A stretch of 64,000 nt of DNA. Origin: Eledone cirrhosa. Lineage: Eukaryota. The stretch covers positions 16,058,001 through 16,122,000 of the forward strand of contig OZ024744.1 in NCBI GenBank assembly GCA_964016885.1, in the 5' to 3' direction. The notes under the pieces are model-generated. The model worked only from the letters and a program-made list of their open reading frames with translations. It had not been told where the DNA came from and did no database searches. Both the position numbers and the translations under genes were made by a program. This document shows positions 25,801 through 38,100 of the stretch, in pieces; position 1 is the stretch's first letter; each line of letters opens with the position of its first letter.

Positions 25801-28800
25801 GAAGAAAAATATGAAGGAAGTTGAAGAAGGATAATCTGAAGGAAGTTGGAGGAGAGTATGAAGGAAGTTGGAGAAGGAGAGTATGAAGGAAGTTGAAGGA
25901 GGAGAATATAAACGAATTTGGAGCAGGAGAGTATGAAGAAAGTTGGAGAATGAGAATCTGAAGGAAGTTGGAGAAGGAGAGTATGAAGGAAGCTTGAGAA
26001 GGAGAATCTGAAGGATGTTGGAGAAGGAGAGTACGAAGGAAGTTGAAGGAGAAGAATATGAAGGAAGTTGAAGAAGGAGAATATGAAGGAAGTTGGAGAA
26101 GGAGAGTATGAAGGAAGTTGGAGAAGGAGAATATGAAGGAAATTGAAGGAGGAGAATATGAACGAAGTTGGAGAAGAAAAATATGAAGGAAGTTGAAGAA
26201 GGATAATCTGAAGGAAGTTGGAGGAGAGTATGAAGGAAGTTGGAGAAGGAGAGTATGAAGGAAGTTGAAGGAGGAGAATATGAACGAAGTCGGAGAAGGA
26301 GAATATGAAGGAAGTTGAAGAAGGAGAGTCAGAAGGAAGTTGGAGAAGGAGAATATGAAGGAAGTTGAAGGAGGAGAATATGAAGGAATTTGGAGAAGGA
26401 GAGTATGAAGAAAGTTGGAGAAGGAGAATATGAAGGAAGTTGGAGAAGGAGAGTATGAAGGAAATTGGAGAAGGAGAATATGAAGAAAGTTGAAGGAGGA
26501 GAGTATGAAGGAAGTTGGAGAAGGAGAGTATGAAGGAAGTTGAAGAAGGAGAATCTGAAGGAAGTTGGGGAAGGAGAGTATGAAGGAAGTTGAAGGAGAA
26601 GAATATGAAGGAAGTTGAAGAAAGAGAATATGAAGGAAGATGGAGGAGGAGAGTATGAAGGAAGTTGGAGAAGGAGAGTATGAAGGAGGTTGGAGGACGA
26701 GCGTATGAAGGAAGTTGGAGGAGGAGAGTATGAAGGAAGTTGGAGAAGGAGAGTATGAAGGAAGTTGGAGAAGGAGAATCTGAAGAAGTTGTAGAAGGAG
26801 AGTATGAAGGAAGTTGAAGGAGAAGAATATGAAGGAAGTTGAAGAAAGAGAATCTGAAGGAAGTTGGAGAAGGAGAGTATGAAGGAAGTTGAAGAAGGAG
26901 AATCTGAAGGAAGTTGGAGAAGGAGAGTATGAAGGAAGTTGAAGGAGAAGAATATGAAGGAAGTTGAAGAAGGAGAATCTGAAGGAAGTTGGAGCAGGAG
27001 AGTATGAAGGAAGTTGGAGAAGGAGAGTATGAAGGAAGTTGGAGAAGGAGAGTATGAAGGAAGTTGAAGGAGGAGAATATGAACTAAGTTGAAGATGGAG
27101 AATCTGAAGGAAGTTGGAGGAGAATATGAACGAAGTTGGAGAAGGAGAATATGAAGGAAGTTGAAGAAGGAGAATATAAACGAATTTGGAGAAGGAGAGT
27201 ATGAAGGAAGTTGGAGAATGAGAATCTGAAGGAAGTTGGAGAAGGAGAGTATGAAGGAAGTTTGAGAAGGAGAATCTGAAGGAAGTTGGAGAAGGAGAGT
27301 ACGAAGGAAGTTGGAGAAGGAGAATATAAAGGAAATTGAAGGAGGAGAATGTGGACGAAGTTGGAGAAGGAGAATATGAAGGAAGTTGAAGGAGGAGAAT
27401 ATTAAGGAAGTTGAAGGAGGAGAATATGAACGAAGTTGGAGGAGAAGAATATGAAGGAAGTTGAAGAAGGAGAATCTGAAGGAAGTTGGAGGAGAGTATG
27501 AAGGAAGTTGGAGAAGGAGAGTATGAAGGAAGTTGAAGGAGGAGAATATGAAGGAAGTTGGAGAAGGAGAGTATGAAGGAAGTTGGAGAATGAGAATCTG
27601 AAGGAAGTTGGAGAAGGAGAGTATGAAGGAAGTTTGAGAAGGAGAATCTGAAGGATGTTGAAGGAGGAGAATATGAAGTAAGTTGAAGAAGGAGAATCTG
27701 AAGGAAGTTGGAGGAGAATATGAAGGAAGTTGGAGAAGGAGAATATGAAGGAAGTTGAAGGAGGAGAATATAAACGAATTTGGAGAATGAGAGTATGAAG
27801 GAAGTTGGAGAATGAGAATCTGAAGGAAGTTGGAGAAGGAGAGTATGAAGGAAGTTTGAGAAGGAGAATCTAAAGGAAGTTGGAGAAGGAGAGTACGAAG
27901 GAAGTTGAAGGAGAAGAATATGAAGGAAGTTGAAGAAGGAGAATATGAAGGAAGTTGAAGGAGGAGAATATAAACGAATTTGGAGAAGGAGAGTATGAAG
28001 GAAGTTGGAGAATGAGAATCTGAAGGACGTTGGAGAAGGAGAGTATGAAGGAAGTTGGAGAAGGAGAATATGAAGGAAATTGAAGGAGGAGAATGTGGAC
28101 GAAGTTGGAGAAGGATAATATGAAGGAAGTTGAAGGAGGAGAATATTAAGGAAGTTGAAGAAGGAGAATCAGAAGGAAGTTGGAGGAGAGTATGAAGGAA
28201 GTTGAAGGAGGAGAATATGAACGAAGTTGGAGAAGGAGAATATGAAGGAAGTTGAAGTAGGAGAATATGAAGGAAGTTGAAGAAGGAGAATCAGAAGGAA
28301 GTTGGAGAATGAGAATCTGAAGGAAGTTGGAGAAGGAGAGTATGAAGGAAGTTTGAGAAGGAGAATCTGAAGGAAGTTGGAGAAGAAGAGTACGAAGGAA
28401 GTTGGAGAAGGAGAATATAAAGGAAATTGAAGGAGGAGAATGTGGACGAAGTTGGAGAAGGAGAATATGAAGGAAGTTGAAGGAGGAGAATATTAAGGAA
28501 GTTGAAGGAGGAGAATATGAACGAAGTTGGAGGAGAAGAATATGAAGGAAGTTGAAGAAGGAGAATCTGAAGGAAGTTGGAGGAGAGTATGAAGGAAGTT
28601 GGAGAAAGAGAGTATGAAGGAATTTGAAGGAGGAGAATATGAAGGAAGTTGGAGAAGGAGAGTATGAAGGAAGTTGGAGAATGAGAATCTGAAGGAAGTT
28701 GGAGAAGGAGAGTATGAAGGAAGTTTGAGAAGGAGAATCTGAAGGATGTTGAAGGAGGAGAATATGAAGTAAGTTGAAGAAGGAGAATCTGAAGGAAGTT

Positions 28801-29998
28801 GGAGGAGAATATGAAGGAAGTTGGAGAAGGAGAATATGAAGGAAGTTGAAGGAGGAGAATATAAACGAATTTGGAGAAGGAGAGTATGAAGGAAGTTGGA
28901 GAATGAGAATCTGAAGGAAGTTGGAGAAGGAGAGTATGAAGGAAGTTTGAGAAGGAGAATCTGAAGGAAGTTGGAGAAGGAGAGTACGAAGGAAGTTGAA
29001 GGAGATGAATATGAAGGAAGTTGAAGAAGGAGAATATGAAGGAAGTTGAAGGAGGAGAATATAAACGAATTTGGAGAAGGAGAGTATGAAGGAAGTTGGA
29101 GAATGAGAATCTGAAGGACGTTGGAGAAGGAGAGTATGAAGGAAGTTGGAGAAGGAGAATATGAAGGAAATTGAAGGAGGAGAATGTGGACGAAGTTGGA
29201 GAAGGAGAATATGAAGGAAGTTGAAGGAGGAGAATATTAAGGAAGTTGAAGAAGGAGAATCAGAAGGAAGTTGGAGAAGGAGAGTATGAAGGAAGTTGAA
29301 AAAAGAGTATCTGAAAGAAGTTGGAGAAGTAGAGTATGAAGGAAGTTGGAGAAAGAGAATATGAAGGAAGTTGAAGGAGGAGAATATGAAGGAAGTTGGA
29401 GAAGGAGAGTATGAAGGAAGTTGGAGAAGGAGAATATGAAGGAAGTTGGAGAAGGAGAGTATGAAGGAAGTTGGAGAAGGTGAATATGAAGGAAGTTGGA
29501 GAAGGAGAGTATGAAGGAAGTTGAAGGAGGAGAATATGAACGAAGTTGGAGAAGGAGAATATGAAGGAAGTTGAAGAAGGAGAATCAGAAGGAAGTTGGA
29601 GAAGGAGAGTATGAAGGAAGTTGGAGAAGGAGAATATGAAGGAAGTTGAAGGAGGAGAATATGAAGGAAGTTGGAGAAGGAGAGTATGAAGGAAGTTGGA
29701 GAAGGAGAATATGAAGGAAGTTGGAGAAGGAGAGTATGAAGGAAGTTGGAGAAGGAGAATATGAAGAAAGTTGAAGGAGGAGAGTATGAAGGAAGTTGGA
29801 GAAGGAGAGTATGAAGGAAGTTGAAGAAGGAGAATCTGAAGGAAGTTGGGGAAGGAGAGTATGAAGGAAGTTGAAGGAGAAGAATATGAAGGAAGTTGAA
29901 GAAAGAGAATATGAAGGAAGATGGAGGAGGAGAGTATGAAGGAAGTTGGAGAAGGAGAGAATGAAGGAAGTTGGAGAAGGAGAGTATGAAGGAAGTTG
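15580..29998. repeat. ~7.1-7.3-kb tandem higher-order duplication (copy A ~15580-22720, copy B ~22720-29998)
   Basis: Offset 7144 at 15601/22745 and for ORF entries 16794/23938. It becomes 7269 after a 125-bp (5-monomer) indel near 17340/24485-24610 (19421/26690), then 7266 after a 3-bp deletion near 28185 (22031/29297; 22681/29947). Confidence 0.93.
19941..22034. repeat. Nested ~1.0-kb duplication (offset 1094) inside the 7-kb unit; also present in copy B (~27210-29300)
   Basis: 19941-20940 matches 21035-22034 variant for variant (GAATGAG, GTTTGAG, TACG, TGTGGACG, TATTAAG, GGATGTTGAA, GGACGTT). Confidence 0.82.
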
Positions 29999-31009
29999 AA
30001 GGAGGAGAATATGAAGTAAGTTGAAGAAGGAGAATCTGAAGGAAGTTGGAGGAGAATATGAAGGAAGTTGGAGAAGGAGAATATGAAGGAAGTTGAAGGA
30101 GGAGAATATAAACGAATTTGGAGAAGGAGAGTATGAAGGAAGTTGGAGAATGAGAATCTGAAGGAAGTTGGAGAAGGAGAGTATGAAGCAAGTTTGAGAA
30201 GGAGAATCTGAAGGAAGTTGGAGAAGGAGAGTACGAAGGAAGTTGAAGGAGAAGAATATGAAGGAAGTTGATGAAGGAGAATATGAAGGAAGTTGAAGGA
30301 GGAGAATATAAACGAATTTGGAGAAGGAGAGTATGAAGGAAGTTGGAGAATGAGAATCTGAAGGACGTTGGAGAAGGAGAGTATGAAGGAAGTTGGAGAA
30401 GGAGAATATGAAGGAAATTGAAGGAGGAGAATGTGGACGAAGTTGGAGAAGGAGAATATGAAGGAAGTTGAAGGAGGAGAATATTAAGGAAGTTGAAGAA
30501 GGAGAATCAGAAGGAAGTTGGAGAAGGAGAGTATGAAGGAAGTTGAAGGAGGAGAATATGAACGAAGTTGGAGAAGGAGAATATGAAGGAAGTTGAAGTA
30601 GGAGAATATGAAGGAAGTTGAAGAAGGAGAATCAGAAGGAAGTTGGAGAAGGAGAGTATGAAGGAAGTTGAAAAAGGAGTATCTGAAAGAAGTTGGAGAA
30701 GTAGAGTATGAAGGAAGTTGGAGAAGGAGAATATGAAGGAAGTTGAAGGAGGAGAATATGAAGAAAGTTGGAGAAGGAGAGTATGAAGGAAGTTGAAGGA
30801 GAAGAATATGAAGGAAGTTGAAGAAGGAGAATCTGAAGGAAGTTGGAGAAGGAGAGTATGAAGGAAGTTGGAGAAGGAGAGTATGAAGGAAGTTGGAGAA
30901 GGAGAGTATGAAGGAAGTTGAAGGAGGAGAATATGAAGTAAGTTGAAGAAGGAGAATCTGAAGGAAGTTGGAGGAGAGTATGAAGGAAGTTGGAGAAGGA
31001 GAATATGAA

Positions 31010-32190
31010 GGAAGTTGAAGGAGGAGAGTATGAAGGAAATTTGAGAAGGAGAATCAGAAGAAAGTTGGAGAAGGAGAGTACGAAGGAAGTTGAAGAAGGA
31101 GAATCTGAAGGAAGTTGGAGATGGAGAGTATGAAGGAAGTTGGAGAAGGAGAATATGAAGGAAATAGAAGGGGGAGAATATGAACGAAGTTGGAGAAGGA
31201 GAATATGAAGGAAGTTGAAGAAGGAGAATCAGAAGGAAGTTGGAGAAGGAGAGTATGAAGGAAGTTGGAGAAGGAGAATATGAAGGAAGTTGAAGGAGGA
31301 GAATATGAAGGAAGTTGGAGAAGGAGAGTATGAAGGAAGTTGGAGAGGATGTTGGAGAAGGAGAGTATGAAGGAAGTTGGAGAAGGAGAATATGAAGGAA
31401 GTTGAAGGAGGAGAATCTGAAGGAAGTTGCGGAAGGAGAGTATGAAGGAAGTTGAAGGAGAAGAATAGGAAGGAAGTTGAAGAAAGAAAATCTGAAGGAA
31501 TTTGGAGAAGGAGAGTATGAAGGAAGTTGAAGAAGGAGAATCTGAAGGAAGTTGGAGAAGGAGAGTATGAAGGAAGTTGGTGGAGGAAAATATGAAGGAA
31601 GATGAAGGAGGAGAGTATGAAGGAAATTTGAGAAGGAGAATCAGAAGAAAGTTGGAGAAGGAGAGTACGAAGGAAGTTGAAGAAGGAGAATCTGAAGGAA
31701 GTTGGAGATGGAGAGTATGAAGGAAGTTGGAGAAGGAGAATATGAAGGAAATAGAAGGGGGAGAATATGAACGAAGTTGGAGAAGGAGAATATGAAGGAA
31801 GTTGAAGAAGGAGAATCAGAAGGAAGTTGGAGAAGGAGAGTATGAAGGAAGTTGGAGAAGGAGAATATGAAGGAAGTTGAAGGAGGAGAATATGAAGGAA
31901 GTTGGAGAAGGAGAGTATGAAGGAAGTTGGAGAGGATGTTGGAGAAGGAGAGTATGAAGGAAGTTGGAGAAGGAGAATATGAAGGAAGTTGAAGGAGGAG
32001 AATCTGAAGGAAGTTGGGGAAGGAGAGTATGAAGGAAGTTGAAGGAGAAGAATAGGAAGGAAGTTGAAGAAAGAAAATCTGAAGGAATTTGGAGAAGGAG
32101 AGTATGAAGGAAGTTGAAGAAGGAGAATCTGAAGGAAGTTGGAGAAGGAGAGTATGAAGGAAGTTGGTGGAGGAAAATATGAAGGAAGTT
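31010..32190. repeat. 587-bp tandem duplication carrying a private 13-bp deletion monomer (GTTGGAGAGGATGTT)
   Basis: GAGGAGAGTATGAAGGAAATTTGAG at 31021 and 31608; 587 = 24x25-13. The truncated monomer is at ~31341 and ~31928. Confidence 0.9.
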
Positions 32191-35100
32191 GAAGGAGGAG
32201 AATATGAACGAAGTTGGAGAAGGAGAATATGAAGGAAGTTGAAGGAGGAGAATATGAAGGAAGTTGAAGAAGGAGTATCAGAAGGAAGTTGGAGAAGCAC
32301 AGAATGAAGGAAGTTGAAGAAGGAGAGCATGAAGGAAGTTGAAGAAGGAGAGTCTGAAGGAATTTGGAGAAGGAGAATATGAAGGAAGTTGGAGAAGGAG
32401 ATTATGAAGGAAGTTGAAGGAGGAGAATATGAAGTAAGTTGAAGAAGGAGAATCTGAAGGAAGTTGGAGGAGAGTATGAAGGAAGTTGAAGGAGAATCTG
32501 AAGGAAGTTGGAGAAGGAGAGTATGAAGGAAGTTGGAGAAGGAGAATATGAAGGAAGTTGGAGAAGGAGAATATGAAGGAAGTTGGAGAAGGATAGTATG
32601 AAGGAAGTTGAAGGAAAAGAATATGAAGGAAGTTGAAGAAGGAGAATCTGAAGGAAGTTGGAGATGGAGAGTATGAAGGAAGTTGAAGAAGGAGTATCTG
32701 AAGGAAGTTGGAGAAGGAGAGTATGAAGGAAGTTGGAGAAGGAGCGTATGAAGGATGTTGGAGAAGGAGAGTATGAAGAAAGTTGAATAAGGAGAATATG
32801 AAGGAAGTTGGAGAAGAAGAGTATGAAGGAAGTTGGGGAAGAAGGTATGAAGGAAGTTGGAGAAGGAGAGTATGAAGGAAGTTGGAGAAGGAGAGTATGA
32901 AGGAAGTTGGAGAAGGAGAGTATGAAGGAAGTTGAAGAAGGAGAATATGAAGGAAGTTGGAGAAGAAGAGTATGAAGGAAGTTGAAGGAGGAGAACATGA
33001 AGGAAGTTGAAGAAGGAGAATCTGAAGGAAGTTGGAGAAGGAGAGTATGAAGGAAGTTGAAGGAGGAGAATATGAAGGAAGTTGAAGGAGGAGAATATGA
33101 ACGAATTTGGAGAAGGAGAGTATGAAGGAAGTTGGAGAATGAGAATCTGAAGGAAGTTGGAGAAGGAGAATATGAAGGAAGTTGGAGAAGGAGAATCTGA
33201 AGGAAGTTGGAGAAGGAGAGTATGAAGGAAGTTGAAGAAGGAGAATCTGAAGGAAGTTGGAGAAGGAGAGTATGAAGGAAGTTGGGGGAGGAGAATATGA
33301 AGGAAGTTGAAGGAGGAGAATATGAACGAAGTTGAAGAAGGAGAATATGAAGGAAGTTGAAGGGGGAGAATATGAAGGAAGTTGAAGAGGGAGAATCAGA
33401 AGGAAGTTGGAGAAGGAGAGAATGAAGGAAGTTGAAGAAGGAGAATCTGAAAGAAGTTGGAGAAGGAGAGTAGTAAGGAAGTTGGAGAAGGAGAATCTGA
33501 AGGAAGTTGGAAAAGGAGAGTATGAAGGAAGTTGGAGAAGGAGAATATGAAGGAAGTTGGAGAAGGAGAGAATGAAGGAAGTTGAGGAAGTAGAATCTGA
33601 AGGAAGTTGGAGAAAGAGAGTATGAAGGAAGTTGAAGAAGGAGAATCTGAAGGAAGTTGGAAAAGGAGAGTATGAAGGAAGTTGGAGAAGGAGAATATGA
33701 AGGAAGTTGGAGAAGGAGAGTATGAAGGAAGTTGGAGAAGAAGAATCTGAAGGAAGTTGGAGAAGGAGAGTATGAAGGAATTTGAAGGAGAAGAATATGA
33801 AGGAAGTTGAAGGAGAATCTGAAGGAAGTTGGAGAAGGAGAGTATGAAGGAAGTTGAAGAAGGAGAATCTGAAGGAAGTTGGAGATGGAGAGCATGAAGG
33901 AAGTTAGAGAAGGAGAATATGAAGGAAATTGAAGGAAGAGTATATGAACGAAGTTGGAGAAGGAGAATATGAAGGAAGTTGAAGGAGGAGAAAATGAAGG
34001 AAGTTGAAGAAGGAGAATCAGAAGGAAGTTGGAGAAGGAGAGTATGAAGGAAGTTGAAGAAGGAGAATCTGAAAGAAGTTGGAGAAGGAGAGTATGAAGG
34101 AATTTGGAGATGGAGAATCTGAAGGAAGTTGGAGAAAGAGAGTATGAAGGAATTTGAAGGAGAAGAATATGAAGGAAGTTGAAGAAGGAGAATCTGAAGG
34201 AAGTTGGAGAAGGAGAGCATGAATGAAGTTGAAGAAGGAGAATCTGAAGGAAGTTGGAGGAGAGTATGAAGGAAGTTGGAGAAAGAGAGTATGAAGGAAG
34301 TTGAAGGAGGAGTATATGAACGAAGTTGGAGATGGAGAATATGAAGAAAGTTGAAGTAGGAGAATATGGAGTAAGTTGAAGAAGGAGAATCAGAAGGAAG
34401 TTGGAGAAGGAGAATATGAAGGAAGTTGAAGGAGCAGAATATGAAGGAGGTTGGAGAAGGAGAGTATGAAGGAAGTTGGAGAAGGAGAATATGAAGGAAT
34501 TTGGAGAAGGAGAGTATGAAGGAAGTTGGAGAAGGAGAATATGAAGGAAGTTGAAGGAGGAGAATATTAAAGAAGTTGGAAAAGGAAAGTATGAAGGAAG
34601 TTGGAGAAAGAGAATCTGAAGGAAGTTGGAGAAGGAGAGTATGAAGGAAGTTGGAGAAGGAGACTATGAAGGAAGTTGGAGAAGGAAAGTATGAAGGAAG
34701 TTGGAGAAGGAGAGTATGAAGTAAGTTGGAGAAGGAGATTATGAAGGAAGTTGGAGAAGGCGAGTATGAAGGAAGGTGGAGAAGGAGCGTATGATGGAAG
34801 TTGGAGAAGGAGATTATGAAGGAAGTTGAATAAGGAGAATATGAAGGAAGTTGGAGAAGGAGAGTATGAAGGAAGTTGGAGAAGGAGAGTATGAAGGGGG
34901 TTGGAGGAGGAGAATATGAAGGAAGTTGGAGAAGGAGAGTATGAAGGAAGTTGGAGAAGTAGAATATGAAGGAAGTTGGGGAAGAAGGTATAAAGGAAGT
35001 TGGAGAAGGAGAGTCTGAAGGAAGTTGGAGATGGAGAGTATGAAGGAAGTTGAAGAAGGAGAGTATGAAGGAAGTTGGAGAAGTAGAGTATGAAGGAAGT

Positions 35101-38100
35101 TGGAGATGGAGAGTATGAAGGAAGTTGAATAAGGAGAATATGAAGGAAGTTGAAGAAGGAGAATATGAAGGAAGTTGGAGAAGGAGAGTATGAAGGAAGT
35201 TGAAGAAAGAAAATATGAAGGAAGTTGGAGAAGGAGAGTATGAAGGAAGTTGGAGAAGGAGACTATGAAGGAAGTTGGAGAAGGAAAGTATGAAGGAAGT
35301 TGGAGAAGGAGAGTATGAAGGAAGTTGGAGAAGGAGATTATGAAGGAAGTTGAAGAAGTAGAATATGAAGGAAGTTGCAGAAGGATAATATGAAGGAAGT
35401 TGGAGAAGGAGAGTATGAAGGAAGTTGGAGAAGGCGAGTATGAAGGAAATTGGAGAAGGAGTGTATGAAGGAGGTTGGAGGAGGAGAGTATGAAGGAAGT
35501 TGGAGAAGGAGAATATGAAGGAAATTGGAGAAGGAGCGTATGAAGGAAGTTGGAGAAAAAGAATATGAAGGAAGTTGTAGAAGAAGGTATGAAGGAAGTT
35601 GGAGAAGGAGAGTATGAAGAAAGTTGGAGAAGGAGAGTATGAAGGAAGTTGAAGGAAGAAAATATGAAGGAAGTTGGAGGAGGAGAATATGAAGGAAGTT
35701 GGAGAAGGAGAATATGAAGGAAGTTGGAGAAGGAAAATATGAAGGATGTTGGAGAAGGATAATATGAAAGAAGTTGGAGAAGGAGAGTATGAAGGAAGTT
35801 GGAGAAGGAGAGTATGAAGGAAGTTGGAGAAGGAGATTATGAAGGAAGTTGGAGAAGGAGAGTATGAAGGAAGTTGAAGGAAGAAAATATGAAGGAAGTT
35901 GGAGGAGGAGAATATGAAAGGAATTTGGAGAAGGAAAATATGAAGGATGTTGGAGAAGGAAAATATGAAAGAAGTTGGAGAAGGAGAGTATGAAGGAAGT
36001 TGTAGAAGGAGCGTATGAAGGAAGTTAGAGAAGGAGATTATGAAGGAAGTTGGAGAAGGAGAGTATGAAGGAAGTTGCAGAAGGAGCGTATGAAGGAATT
36101 TGGAGAAGGAGAGTATGAAGGAAGTTGAAGGAAGAAAATATGAAGGAAGTTGGAGGAGGAGAATATGAAGGAATTTGGAGAAGGAGAATATGAAGGAAGT
36201 TGGGGAAAAAGGTATGAAGGAAGTTGGAGAAGGAGAGTACGAAGGAAGTTGAAGGAGAAGAATATGAAGGAAGTTGAAGAAGGAGAATCTGAAGGAAGTT
36301 GGAGAAGGAGAGTATGAAGGAAGTTGGAAAGGAGAATATGAAGGAAATTGAAGGAGGAGAATGTGGACGAAGTTGGAGAAGGAGAATATGAAGGAAGTTG
36401 AAGGAGGAGAATATTAAGGAAGTTGAAGAAGGAGAATCAGAAGGAAGTTGGAGAAGGAGAGTATGAAGGAAGTTGAAGGAGGAGAATATGAACGAAGTTG
36501 GAGAAGGAGAATATGAACGAAGTTGAAGTAGGAGAATATGAAGGAAGTTGAAGAAGGAGAATCAGAAGGAAGTTGGAGAAGGAGAGTATGAAGGAAGTTG
36601 AAAAAGGAGAATCTGAAAGAAATTGGAGAAGGAGAGTATGAAGGAAGTTGGAGAAGGAGAATATGAAGGAAGTTGAAGGAGGAGAATATGAAGGAAGTTG
36701 GAGAAGGAGAGTATGAAGGAAGTTGGAGAAGGAGAATATGAAGGAAGTTGGAGAAGGAGAGTATGAAGGAAGTTGGAGAAGGAGAATATGAAGAAAGTTG
36801 GAGAAGGAGTGTATAAAGGAAGTTGAAGGAGAATAATATGAAGGAAGTTGAAGAAGGAGAATCTGAAGGAAGTTGGAGAAGGAGAGTATGAAGGAAATTG
36901 GAGAAGGAGAGTATGAAGGAAGTTGGAGAAGGAGAGTATGAAGGAAGTTGAAGAAGGAGTATCTGAAGGAAGTTGGAGGAGAGTATGAAGGAAGTTGGAG
37001 AAGGAGAATATAAAGGAAGTTGAAGGAGGAGAATATAAACGAATTTGGAGAAGGAGAGTATGAAGGAAGTTGGAGAATGAGAATCTGAAGGAAGTTGGAG
37101 AAAGAGAATATGAAGGAAATTTGAGAAGGAGAATCAGAAGAAAGTTGGAGAAGGAGAGTACGAAGGAAGTTGAAGGAGAAGAATATGAAGGAAGTTGAAG
37201 AAGGAGAATCTGAAGGAAGTTGGAGATGGAGAGTATGAAGGAAGTTGGAGAAGGAGAATATGAAGGAAATAGAAGGAGGAGAATATGAACGAAGTTGGAG
37301 AAGGAGAATATGAAGGAAGTTGAAGAAGGAGAATCAGAAGGAAGTTGGAGAAGGAGAGTATGAAGGAAGTTGGAGAAGGAGAATATGAAGGAAGTTGAAG
37401 GAGGAGAATATGAAGGAAGTTGGAGAAGGAGAGTATGAAGGAAGTTGGAGAAGGAGAGTATGAAGGAAGTTGAAGGAGAAGAATATGAAGGAAGTTGAAG
37501 AAAGAGAATCTGAAGGGAGTTGGAGAAGGAGAGTATGAAGGAAGTTGAAGAAGGAGAGTATGAAGGAAGTTGGAGAAGGAGAGTATGAAGGAAGTTGAAG
37601 GAGGAGAATATGAAGTAAGTTGAAGAAGGAGAATCTGAAGGAAGTTGGAGGAGAATATGAAGGAAGTTGGAGAAGGAGAATATGAAGGAAGTTGAAGGAG
37701 GAGAATATAAACGAATTTGGAGAAGGAGAGTATGAAGGAAGTTGGAGAATGAGAATCTGAAGGAAGTTGGAGTAGGAGAGTATGAAGGAAGATTGAGAAG
37801 GAGAATCTGAAGGAAGTTGGAGAAGGAGAATCAGAAGGAAGTTGGAGAAGCACAGAATGAAGGAAGTTGAAGAAGGAGAATCTGAAAGAAGTTGGAGAAG
37901 GAGAGTATGAAGGAAGTTGAAGAAGGAGAATCTGAAGGAAGTTGGAGAAGGAGAGTATGAAGGAAGTTGAAGGAGAAGAATATGAAGGAAGTTGAAGAAG
38001 GAGAATCTGAAGGAAGTTGGAAAAGGAGAGTATGAAGGAAGTTGGAGAAGGAGAGTATGAAGGAAGTTGGAGAAGGAGAGTATGAAGGAAGTTGAAGGAG

